Shown: piece by piece, positions 52,401-62,497 of the stretch
How positions within the stretch are numbered: position 1 is the stretch's first letter
Layout: every line of letters begins with the position of its first letter
NCBI GenBank assembly: GCA_965212015.1
Contig: OZ243037.1
Coordinates: 1,088,001 to 1,152,000, forward strand
Length of the DNA: 64,000 bases
Direction: 5' to 3'
Source: Cenarchaeum sp.
GTDB taxonomy: Archaea > Thermoproteota > Nitrososphaeria > Nitrososphaerales > Nitrosopumilaceae
The notes under the pieces: model-generated
What the model saw: only the letters and a program-made list of their open reading frames with translations
Told to the model about the DNA's origin: nothing
Databases searched by the model: none
Program-made: the position numbers and the translations under genes

Positions 52401-54758
52401 CTTACTGTAAAGTAGGGCTCTGAAATGGTCCGCATGGTTTCGCTAAATGATAATATAAAAAAGAGATTCTGGGCGTTTACAATATCACCCCGGACTCCGG
52501 GTCCTCTAAGTACATTGTCGGTAAAGAATGAAACACGCGGTGCTTCCGTATCAAAGATCAGCGTGTACCTGACTGGACGGTTTCCATTTCCGTCATCATC
52601 AAGTGCTGCATCGCGCGCAATGGTTACCTGTACCGTCCCGTCGGATGAATAGAGCACATCAAACGAATACTCTCGGCCCTCGGTAACCGTCTCAAATCCG
52701 GTTATTTGGGGCGAGCCGCCGTTGGCGCTTCCGCCTATGTCAATGTCGCCCTCGTCAAACCCGCTCACGTTCTCGTCAAACTCTACCGTATATTCCAGAA
52801 CAGCAGAGTTTGTCCTAGAGTCATCGTGCAGATCCCCCACAGAGATGGTGGCAGTGGGCCTCTCGGATGGGTCTATCGAGGACGGAAATATGGTAAACTC
52901 TTGCGTGCTTCCAAGTGCAAAGTATTCCGCGGGATCTGACAGTGTGGCATCCGAGGTGACAGTCACGTTGTATCTTCCCGTGACGGGCGGATCAAAGATG
53001 ACAAACTCGTTTATCTGCCGGGTGGAATTTGCGTAAAAAACATCGCCGTTTGGGGCCTCGACCATAAAGTCCAGATCGGCCATGAACGTGCGGACCCCGG
53101 ATAAGGGGGGAAACGGATCAAACTCTAGTCCGTGGCCTACAAGCCATGACAGTATCACCTTTACCGGCCGGGACGTATCGGTTACCTCAAAGGAGTACTG
53201 TTTTGAGGATATGTCCGCGTCAAGAAAATCCGATATTACATGGGACGAGGTGGGATCCACGTGCTGTAGGGCGCCAGATACGTTTAGAATTCCAAATCCC
53301 GCATTGTTGAGTATGCGAAAAGAGTCCCTGTCTACGTCTCCTCTTGCGGGCTGCCGCGCGTACGAGCAGTCGTCCGTATCGTTTGCCGTCTCGTACTGTG
53401 CCGACGTGCACGGGACGGGTCCCATATAGTCGGCCCCAAGAAGCAGGCCTATTTTTGTCTGCGATGGCGTAAGTTCCGGGTTGAATTCCAGCAAAAGTGC
53501 CGATGCCCCCACCACTATCGGCGTGGCAAAGCTGGTGCCTCCTATGCGTATCGGAATACCCGTGTCAGCTGTCAGGATTACACTTCCCGGGGCTAGAATC
53601 TCCGGTTTTAGCATCATCGTGCCGCGGCCCGGTCCCTTGTCCGAGGAACTAGTCAGTATAACTGCATTATTTTTAGGGTCTACAGAACCTACCGCAATTG
53701 CGTTGGCCAGACATGCGGGGGAGCCTATATTGTTAAACTGGCCAAAATTTCCTGCCCCAGCCACTACAACTAGCCCCCTAGTGGCCGCCTCGTTATATAT
53801 AACATCGGTTGTGCGCAAGTTGGCACAGGAAACGCCCAGACTAGTAAAAGATGCATTAAAAACATCGGCCCCCATCTGAAGGGCCAGATCAATTCCGGGA
53901 AAAACACCTGCGCTAGAAGCAAAACCTTCAGCTCTATTGCTTATGCTCAAAAGGTTTACCCCCGGCGCTATGCCTCCGTTGGTCTCGGCAGACGATGCTA
54001 CAATTAGCGACACCTGTGTTGCGTGATTATTGCGGTCAAATGTGGCATCCGTGACCGGAACACAGCCTATTCCAGCATCGCATAAAAACGACTCTAGATT
54101 GGCAATCAATTCGCTTTGGGCAGCTTCTCCTTCCAGTACCAGTACGGTCACGCCGGATCCGTCAAGTGATCTTCCGGCAGATCCCAAAATGTCCGAAGCG
54201 GTAGAATGTGTGACCTCTTTTGCCCTGTCAGTCAGGGGTGTGATGGGAATTTCCCCGTCCCCTATACTGTACACCTCGTCAAACTGTGCCAGCCTGTCCA
54301 TGGACGTTACCGGGACGGATGCTGCCACAAACGAGAGTATCCTTGCATCATATATGATGCGCGCGCCAATGCCCTCTAGTTTTTCAACCAGGACATCCTT
54401 GTTCTGCCGCGCCGGATCCTGTTCATCACCTGCATCCGGTGAATCGTGCGGAACTGCGATTATCACGTCATAGTATTGTATTTCCTCGCGTGTTGCATCG
54501 CCTGACTCCCCGTACGTAGAGCGTGCAGTCTGCTGCGTCAAATTTTGAATCTTTTCATAGAATCCGGGATCAAACTTGTGGTATATATCGTCCGGATGTA
54601 TGATGACGGTGGATGTGGGCTCTGGTACATCATAATTTGTACCGTCAAACTCTGTCTGGGCATACACGCCTGCAATGCCGAATGCACACACGCCGATTAG
54701 CAGCACAATATGTATGTTTGAGGGGGGGGGGGAGAGATCGAAATGCTGTTTTTGGCAT
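49421..54758 (-). CDS. Large S8 subtilisin-like protease with Ig-like repeats; signal peptide frameshifted at a poly-C tract
   Basis: NNHATQVS (His), GIAPGV, AGAGN, KPEILAPG, GTSFATP (Ser); DTT.P and FTDPGA.VTD.D repeats; Pro/Glu-rich tail. Open frame from GTG 54706; probable true ATG at 54758. Confidence 0.88.
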
Positions 54759-55162
54759 GATATATTTCTAGTATTGACCTATTTATGGTCATCTGATCCT
54801 GATCTTTATAGAAGGCTAAAATTCATCCAACACCGTAACGCTGAAGGCACCTGTATGACAGATTTGTCATTTGCCCTTATGGTGGCAATTCCCGTAAGCC
54901 ATATTCAAACGGATGTCCAATTTTGTTGTGGTTTGCGTTTTTTAGCTCTGTACAGTCCAAATCAGCACCAGCTGCCTGCCATGCGACACGTATTTGTAGT
55001 CTACCTAGACCACATCGTGACAAATAATCCCTGATCTAAAGCTTCTTTGGCATAGTATTTTGCAGTTCTGGGTCAAAATTGCATGATTTGGACGGATTCA
55101 GGCATAATTGTGTAACAGACTAAAAAGAACAGCTTTTTAAAACATGCCGGAGTCACGGTGTC

Positions 55163-55468
55163 ATGAACATACTGGAGGAAAAACAGGTCCCTGCGACAAT
55201 CGAGGTGTCATATTCTGAGGCCAGAAAATCGGACATGAATGCGGAGAACCAGACCACGTGCTCCTTGGTAATCAACATTATAAAGCATGTTTTACAGGAA
55301 CGCGGTGCAAAGCTAGAAGAGATTACCGTGCCTACCAACAAACCAAGAAATGCGGACATTTACTTTGAAGTGCGGATAAATAACTCGGAAATCGAATCTG
55401 TCAAAAAGGAAATCTGGGAAAAATCGGCAAACAGCTTGAAATCCATTGAATTTTTTACCGACGTCTAG
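55163..55468 (+). CDS. Hypothetical protein
   Basis: 101-aa ATG ORF preceded by a TTTTTAAAA box. Confidence 0.5.
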   Translation: MNILEEKQVPATIEVSYSEARKSDMNAENQTTCSLVINIIKHVLQERGAKLEEITVPTNKPRNADIYFEVRINNSEIESVKKEIWEKSANSLKSIEFFTDV

Positions 55469-56247
55469 TTATATTTAATACAACGACTTGGAAGGTTATA
55501 GAAATAAAGAGTGTACAAGGTACGAATTACCAAGGACAACATGGTACTAAAAAAAGAACAAGGGGAGACGAATCGCTTGAATCCAGTGTACGGGCGTCCA
55601 AATCAACAGGAGATCTATGGAATATTCGGGCACATTTTCTTACGCATCTTATATTTGGAGTGAACCATCTTGTGTTTGGCCTGTCGCCGGACTATTTCAT
55701 AGTACTATTGCGGCAAGTACGGAAAAAGTGATAGAAGAATACGATCCAATCTTTGCCAGATCATCCGATATACTAAAGGACACTTGGCTGCAAGTCACCA
55801 TATATGCGCCAAACGATAACATATTATACTATTTTTACTGACAATATTTACCCGTATTCGAATCCCTTGGACCATCTGAGATGGGGACATCAAGGGCTCA
55901 TGTGGATACGGCGCTATTATTTTTGCCTTGTTTTTCAATCCCCCATTCAAACATTGATCCGAATCATTCCATGCCAAAGCCCCTCACGCGAGCAATGCGG
56001 GAGATGATCAGACTATACGGCCCCCGATCATATGATTTGGGGCCGGTTTGCGGCCCGGTGGTACAAGGCCCCATGCTGAAAGTATTACAAGATTACCTTG
56101 AATGTCAGAATCAGAGTTCGTTGTTTTGGGGTTTGTGAGGGTATTGCGAGCCTGGTTGTACATGATGAATTCCCGCTCTTGTTTTGTGACGTATCAAGCG
56201 CATTGTTTTAATGTGTTTTTTTAAACTCTGCTGTTTCTAGTCCATTC

Positions 56248-57003
56248 CTAGCAGAAATTCTGAGTGTGGTAAGAGTCATCATCCTCGCCGATGAACACCC
56301 CGACGCCTATCCTGTCATAGCCCGGATTCAGTATGTTCTCCCTGTGTCCCGTAGTGCTGTTCATCCAGCCGTCCACCATCGCGCGGGCCAGATCCTCCTC
56401 GCTGTCATACCAGCTGTAGGGCGTCTTTGCCCAATTCTCCCCATGGCTGGCATATGTCACCGACTGTGAAAGATTCTCCCCAAGACCCGCAAGATAGGGG
56501 CGTCCCTGGTAATACTTCCAGCACTCATACCCCGCCTTTTCTGCCCTGTCGCTCGGATCGTGGCCCTCCGGCGAATCATGGGCAAAATAATCCTGCCTGT
56601 ACATGTCCTCGCTGTGGCCCCGTGCAATAGAGTCAATATCGGACACCCTGTAAAGCGATTCTAAATCGCGCGAGACCCTCTCCGCATTCGTAAGTTTGTA
56701 TATGTGATCCTCGACCAGCATGGGATCAAGGCTATCTGTGCGGATGGGCAGCAGGCCGGAATCTCCTATCATACCAGATACGTTGCTCTCCGTATCGCCG
56801 ATTGCCCTGCTCGCCTGCCGGTCTGTCATATTGAGATCAAGATTGTATGGTATTAGAAAGGCCCCGATTACCGCCAAAAACAACAGGACCAGTATCACGG
56901 GTTTTGATGCCTGCCTCTTTCGAAACTCCCTGATGTGGCCGCATTTTGTACAGTAAAAGCCTCCCTCGTCATAAACATAGTTGTGGCCGTCACATTCTGA
57001 CAC
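56248..57003 (-). CDS. Membrane-anchored CAP/SCP-domain protein
   Basis: N-terminal CTKC and TM helix; TNAER, ARGHSEDM...YFAH, GENL, WMNS..GHRENIL and TQNF. Confidence 0.9.
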   Translation of the reverse strand: MSECDGHNYVYDEGGFYCTKCGHIREFRKRQASKPVILVLLFLAVIGAFLIPYNLDLNMTDRQASRAIGDTESNVSGMIGDSGLLPIRTDSLDPMLVEDHIYKLTNAERVSRDLESLYRVSDIDSIARGHSEDMYRQDYFAHDSPEGHDPSDRAEKAGYECWKYYQGRPYLAGLGENLSQSVTYASHGENWAKTPYSWYDSEEDLARAMVDGWMNSTTGHRENILNPGYDRIGVGVFIGEDDDSYHTQNFC

Positions 57004-57187
57004 GGAATGAAATTGTGCCTCTTTTGATAAAAACCGTAGTGGTTAGGCGAGTTTGTCAAGGTTTACGGGCTGTTCCGGCCTGAACCCTTGCCGGAGACGC
57101 CGTCATCCGGATTAAAACCCAAGGGTAGTTCAGACCGGTGGCCATGCCTGATCCATCAGGATGCAATTCCCGGCATTCCAATAACCG

Positions 57188-57272
57188 CGTCAGGGACGGG
57201 ATTTGAACCCGCGAATCGAGCGACTCGATAGAGGTTTTCAAACTCTCGCCATACTAGACTTGGGGGCCTGAC
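57188..57272 (-). tRNA. Degenerate class II tRNA (probably a tRNA-Ser pseudogene)
   Basis: GTCAGG/CCTGAC acceptor, GCGGG-TTCAAAT-CCCGT T arm, TCGAG/CTCGA long variable arm and G discriminator; D arm and anticodon stem are mismatched. Confidence 0.6.
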
Positions 57273-57945
57273 AACCCTAATTTGGGCGAATTTTTACATA
57301 AATCCAAATATACTAGTTCAGCGTAGTATAGTTACCCGTAACCGGATCTCAAGGACGACATGGTTGTCGGCGATCTTGGGCTAGTAGTGGATACGGGTTT
57401 ATTCCATCTCAAATATCGGCTAGTTTTGATCAGATAACAGGATTTTACTCCTTTTGGTTCGTTATTCTTGTTATTTGCCCATTAAAATCAGGCAAATCCG
57501 GGCATTTCATACCGCGAGCTCCTTTCAACCCCCAACAAAACCTTGGCGGGTCTAAGGGAATTCACATACTCCAGATTTCGAGTCCTGGCTGAAATTTTCA
57601 TACGGTATAATACCATTATCCCACTTAATAGCTTTTTGTAAAGACCCGCAATTTGTAAAACGCGAGTCCGGAAAACAGGCGTGGTTTTTTGACTGATCGC
57701 AATGGCTGCGATCAAAGTTATGGTAATTATGCGTGGTTCCGGGTTCCCGCCCGATTTTTGACTCGCATCCATGACAGATCCGGTTACGGCGCCCTCAAAT
57801 TTTTCGTAGTCCGGTTCAAGGTTGCGGGAGCCTTACACCAAACTCCATCGGACTGCAGGTCAGCTCATCCGGAGGCAGTTTCCGGGCCGGGAATCCGGCA
57901 GACCACACGCCGGAGCCTGCATGTCATACAATCACGGCGTCTGTG

Positions 57946-59334
57946 TTATCTAGCTCGGGTCTTTCTAGAGTGTGATCTACGCGCCTTTACCTCCGATCTC
58001 TGCTCGTATTCTTTCTGCCGCTCCTTTACCTCCGGTCTCTGGCGATATTCCTTTTGCTGCTCCTTTACCTCCGGCCGCCGGCTGTATTTTCTCATGTATT
58101 CCTTTTGCCGCTTTTTTACCTCCGGTCTCTGATAATATTCTAGCCGGTATTTCTGGAGTTTTTTCTTTACCTCCGGTCTCTGTTGGTATTCTCTTTTATG
58201 CTCCCTTACCTCCGGTCTCTGCTGGTATTTTTTCAGATATTCCCTCTGCCGCTCCCTTACCTCCGGCCTCTGGGTGTATTCCTTCTGTTTTCTCTTTATC
58301 TCCGGCAGCTGGCTGTATTCCTTCTGTTTTCTCTTTATCTCCGGTCTCTGCCGGTGTTCCTTTTGTCGCTTCCTTACCTCCGGCCTCTGGCTGTATTCCT
58401 TCTGTTTTCTCTTTATCTCCGGTCTCTGCTGGTATTCCTTTTGCCGCTTCCTTACCTCCGGCCTCTGGCTGTATTCCTTTTGCCGCTTTTTTACCTCCGG
58501 TCTCTGCTGGTATTCCTTATGATATTCTCGGTTGTATTTCTGGAGTTTTCTCTTTACCTCCGGCCTCTGGGTGTATTCTCTATGATATTTACGGATCCGC
58601 TCCTTTATCACTGTCCGCTGGCTGTATTCCTTCTGTTTTCTCTTTATCTCCGATCTCTGCTGGTATTCCTTTTGCCGCTCCTTTACCTCCGGTCTCTGGC
58701 GGTATTCTTTATGCCGCTTTTTCACTTCCGGCCTCTGGCGGTGTTTCCGGAGTTTTTTCTTTATCTCTGGCCTCTGGCGATATTTTTTCATGTATTCCTT
58801 TTGCCGCTCCCTTACCTCCGGCCTCTGGCGGTATTCTTTATGCCACTTTTTCACCTCCGGCCGCTGGCTGTATTCCTTCTGTTTTCTCTTTACCTCCGGC
58901 AGCTGGCTGTGTTTCGGGAGTTTTCTCTTTATCTCTGGTCTCTGATAGTATTTTTTCAGGTATTCCTTTCGCCGCTCCCTTACCTCCGGCCTCTGGCGGT
59001 ATTTTTTCATGCGTTTTTTCATCTCCGGCCTGTTCCGGTATAGTCTTTTGTACTCTACTATCTTGGCTGTCTTTTGGTATTTCCGGGTTCTTTCCCTTAC
59101 CTCCGGCCTCTGCTGGTATTTCTTTGTGTATTTTTGCATGTACAGTCTCTTGCGCTCCCTTACCCCCGGTTTTTGGCCGTATTCCCTCTGGTATTTCCGG
59201 CGGCTCTCCTTTGCCTCCGGCCTTTGATCGCGTTTTCTGAGCCTTTCCTTTACCTCCGGCCTCTTGGTGTATTCACGCATGTATTTGCGTCTGGCTTTGT
59301 CTGCATCCGGCTTTTCTGGTTTTACGCCTGCCAA
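57946..59334 (-). CDS. Highly basic tandem-repeat protein (about 30 Y.QRPEVK-type repeats)
   Basis: 462 aa built mostly from 12- and 16-residue units such as EYQQRPEVKKRQK. Confidence 0.7.
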   Translation of the reverse strand: MAGVKPEKPDADKARRKYMREYTKRPEVKERLRKRDQRPEAKESRRKYQREYGQKPGVRERKRLYMQKYTKKYQQRPEVRERTRKYQKTAKIVEYKRLYRNRPEMKKRMKKYRQRPEVRERRKEYLKKYYQRPEIKRKLPKHSQLPEVKRKQKEYSQRPEVKKWHKEYRQRPEVRERQKEYMKKYRQRPEIKKKLRKHRQRPEVKKRHKEYRQRPEVKERQKEYQQRSEIKRKQKEYSQRTVIKERIRKYHREYTQRPEVKRKLQKYNREYHKEYQQRPEVKKRQKEYSQRPEVRKRQKEYQQRPEIKRKQKEYSQRPEVRKRQKEHRQRPEIKRKQKEYSQLPEIKRKQKEYTQRPEVRERQREYLKKYQQRPEVREHKREYQQRPEVKKKLQKYRLEYYQRPEVKKRQKEYMRKYSRRPEVKEQQKEYRQRPEVKERQKEYEQRSEVKARRSHSRKTRAR

Positions 59335-59830
59335 TATGCTACGGATTAATCCGGAATTAATAATTGTGTTTCCATGTATGTTGCCCTAATGATTCCCCCA
59401 AAATGACGCCCGCAGATCGGATCCCATAAAACGGGGAATCCCGGTCTTGGTAATCCTGTGCCGGATTGGCCTTGTGTCGATCTTGGTTTGGGGCGGCAAA
59501 TTTCACATGGTCCTTGTGGATTGTTTGAGAGTACCGTATGGAAGCCCTGGGGGTGGGTAGCCAAAGATTCCGCCCAATCAGCTTTTCTACCTGGATCGGT
59601 CAGATCTTTCCAAATTTACAGTACGTAGACCGGTCACGTCCTACTGGAAGGCGTGAATTTCGCATTACGGCTGTCTTTTAGGCATGACGGGGTGACCTCG
59701 TACATTAAACTTAATAAGGAACTACATCCAATGGAAATTATGGTTCAGTCGGATAAAAACAAGACAGAGAACATCTTTATGTGCACGTTCCCATATGATG
59801 CAAATGAAGATACCAAGCCTAAAATTGACG

Positions 59831-60373
59831 TCAGTCGATCTTAGTTTCTTCTTTTAATTGATCTTTGAAGATTTGGGCATATTGTAATATCTCATTTTGG
59901 ATTTTTGTTAATTGTATCCAGACATCGATCATAAGATCATGGTATTCCGCTGTTCCCAATTTTATATTGTTTTGTTTTGAAAACAGGAACAGCTCTTGAA
60001 TTGTATCCATGGTTTTGTTGTTCAATTCTATTCTGAGATAAATATCATCCAGTACTCTCTGTAAGTGTTTAGAAAACAAGGTGTAATGCCCAGAATGGAT
60101 GGCGCTTTGAAATCCGGCATAACCTATGTACATTGGATGGAATTTGATCTTTTGGCCATCATCACGAATACGGCATATGGGTTTTAATTTGCCGTTATCA
60201 TTTAGATTCGCCTGAATATTCCTGATTGCGTCCAATATGGAATGTCCTGCATTGTTGCGATTTGTATTTTTATCCAATTTTCTCTTCCCAAAATACGCTA
60301 TTGGTGAGCCAATGACAGAGATAATCACAATAATATTGGTTATCACTTCCAACGAATTAATATCCATGGTCAA
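59831..60373 (-). CDS. Hypothetical protein with an N-terminal transmembrane helix
   Basis: VITNIIVIISVIGSPIAYFG hydrophobic segment followed by a helical domain. Confidence 0.6.
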   Translation of the reverse strand: MTMDINSLEVITNIIVIISVIGSPIAYFGKRKLDKNTNRNNAGHSILDAIRNIQANLNDNGKLKPICRIRDDGQKIKFHPMYIGYAGFQSAIHSGHYTLFSKHLQRVLDDIYLRIELNNKTMDTIQELFLFSKQNNIKLGTAEYHDLMIDVWIQLTKIQNEILQYAQIFKDQLKEETKID

Positions 60374-60419
60374 TAGTTTTTTGATATACGCGGGTACTTT
60401 TTAATCATTCTATTTTGAA

Positions 60420-60451
60420 TGCTGTGAAGTTGATGGATGCTTTATATACCG
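60420..60451 (+). repeat. Solo end related to the IS6-like transposon TIR
   Basis: TGCTGTGAAGTTGATGGATGCTTTATATACCG. Confidence 0.6.
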
Positions 60452-60768
60452 AAAATTTCTTCCGTACCGCTTTGATTATTTCAAGGCCAGAATGTGCCGA
60501 TCTGACATATGCGGAATATTTGATGCCAGAACGTCACAAATCTCACCCTCCGAGGCGGGCAGCTAGATTCAAGGGTGAATCAGACTGGCCCCCATATTGC
60601 ATTCGCCCGCACACAAATCAGATCCCAAAATGGAGGCTTTATGAAACCAGAAAGAATCTCAATCACTATAAACTTCTGTAAAGGCCGAAATTGATCACCC
60701 GTTATAAACACGATCCGGCTGTGCCAAAAATACAGCCTTGCCCCAATGCCAAATGATCATTGCATCAT

Positions 60769-61173
60769 TTACGACTCTGCATCCCTTATCTTTCCAGGCA
60801 AATCCCCTATTCCCTGCATTATTTTATCCCCAAAGGCATCCAGTTTTACCCCGGCCATACCGCACGCCTCGGCCATGCACCTTTTATACGGAGAACCAGA
60901 GCCGCCTTTAAAATAGACAACCGTATCATACTTTTTCAGGGATTCGGCCACGTGCGGAATAAGCTCGTCGCACCTCTGCTCGTCCATCAGCCTGTTGTAC
61001 GGCGCAATCACCTTTTCTGCCGGAATGAGGCCGTGCTCGGCACTCAAAATAAACATGTCGTGGTTCTGCCGCCTGTTGTATACGGCCTTTATCCGCGCGG
61101 ACTTGTACAGTTTATAGGCGGGCATCGGGATGGATTCCTTTTTGTTCCCGCATGCGGTAACTATGGCTATCAT
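60769..61173 (-). CDS. DUF6884-like protein, copy 2
   Basis: Near-identical to 24479-24892. Confidence 0.7.
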   Translation of the reverse strand: MIAIVTACGNKKESIPMPAYKLYKSARIKAVYNRRQNHDMFILSAEHGLIPAEKVIAPYNRLMDEQRCDELIPHVAESLKKYDTVVYFKGGSGSPYKRCMAEACGMAGVKLDAFGDKIMQGIGDLPGKIRDAES

Positions 61174-62069
61174 TTCGAGCAGCTCGTGGAGATTTTTACA
61201 GTATCCTTCTGCGATATTACAATGCTGGAATCCTTGTTTGTGGTACAGTATTTTGCAAGATTACACCTAGAGCGCACCGTGCACTCGCCGTTTACTATAT
61301 TGGAGCATCCAAGCCTCCCCAAATTCCACAGCGCCTCGTCCAGCTGGAGCGGATAATGCCCGGTACCAGAGCACGCATCCATCCAGGCCTTTTTTGCATT
61401 ATCTGCCAGCTCGGCAAAATTTCCCTCAAAATCGCCTGCAACACATCCCGTCGTTACAGTCGCCCTTGCGGTGTGGATGTCTATGGGAATGGGGACAAGC
61501 TCTAGTTTTTTGAATGGAATGCCTGCCTCCTTGTGCATTATGCGTATCCACAGCGATAATATCTTGGATGTGCCGGTACGGCCTGCCAAATACGGGAATC
61601 TTTTCCCATATTTGTTCCTCATGGCATCAAATATCCGATATGCGTCATGATCGTACTCCTCGAATAGCTTGCGGGGATCGCCGTCGAACAGATCTAAAAA
61701 CGACTCACAGATGGTATGCCATGTCTCTGCATCCCTGTTGCATCTTTTGCTCAGCTTGTGCTTTAATAGGGCCGCTTTCAGCTGTAATATGGTTTTCTCA
61801 TGCACCATACTGGGGTAAAACACCCATCTGATTTGCTCATCATTCATTGTCTTTCTTGCCGATTCCCACAGATCCTTTGCGCTGCGCATATAGTCTATTG
61901 CCACGGTAAGGGTGTAAAACATTATACACTCATAGCTGTCCGGTGCGATGCCATCCGGTAGATTGCTCTCCGGGAGATCGGCGTCCTCAAATATGCCGGT
62001 CTTTTTGGAGTGCCAATCCAGGAGGATTTCGATGACTTTTTTGGTTCTTGCGGGGTCTGTCTTTAGCAA
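61170..62069 (-). CDS. HhH-GPD-like Fe-S DNA glycosylase, copy 2
   Basis: 299 aa, near-identical to 24880-25779. Confidence 0.7.
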   Translation of the reverse strand: MLKTDPARTKKVIEILLDWHSKKTGIFEDADLPESNLPDGIAPDSYECIMFYTLTVAIDYMRSAKDLWESARKTMNDEQIRWVFYPSMVHEKTILQLKAALLKHKLSKRCNRDAETWHTICESFLDLFDGDPRKLFEEYDHDAYRIFDAMRNKYGKRFPYLAGRTGTSKILSLWIRIMHKEAGIPFKKLELVPIPIDIHTARATVTTGCVAGDFEGNFAELADNAKKAWMDACSGTGHYPLQLDEALWNLGRLGCSNIVNGECTVRSRCNLAKYCTTNKDSSIVISQKDTVKISTSCSK

Positions 62070-62497
62070 TGACGAATGATATCGCCGTATCTTATAAACT
62101 GGATCGCAGATTATGGTTTTTGATGCAGATTATACTTGCCTTATCGTCATCTTTCTATCTTCTTAAGCTTTTGAGCGTGCAGTCGTTTCCTTTCTGCCTC
62201 GATACGGTGTTCTTTCGTGCAACAGATGCCAAATTATGGTCGTATCCGCGTCGGATGGCAGTCAGGATTCAAAAAATGATTATTCGGAGTGGAAGAAATC
62301 TTCCAGATATGGAAAACGATGCCACCTAAAAGACTGTCTGTGTCGCATGAACTTTGGATCGTACCCATACAACAGGATGGTGCTGACCGCATGACGTCAT
62401 ACTGATGTGAATTGGACTGCACTGGCACGGATTGGAGGATCACGTTATGAGGTAAAAGAGTTGTGACATAGAGCATATCTATGCATGATTCATAAAT

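Noticed and set aside
57972-59240. Long + strand ORFs (422 aa and 286 aa) over the repeat region
   Set aside because: Antisense shadows of the repeat; the - strand ORF has an ATG start and a unique N-terminus.
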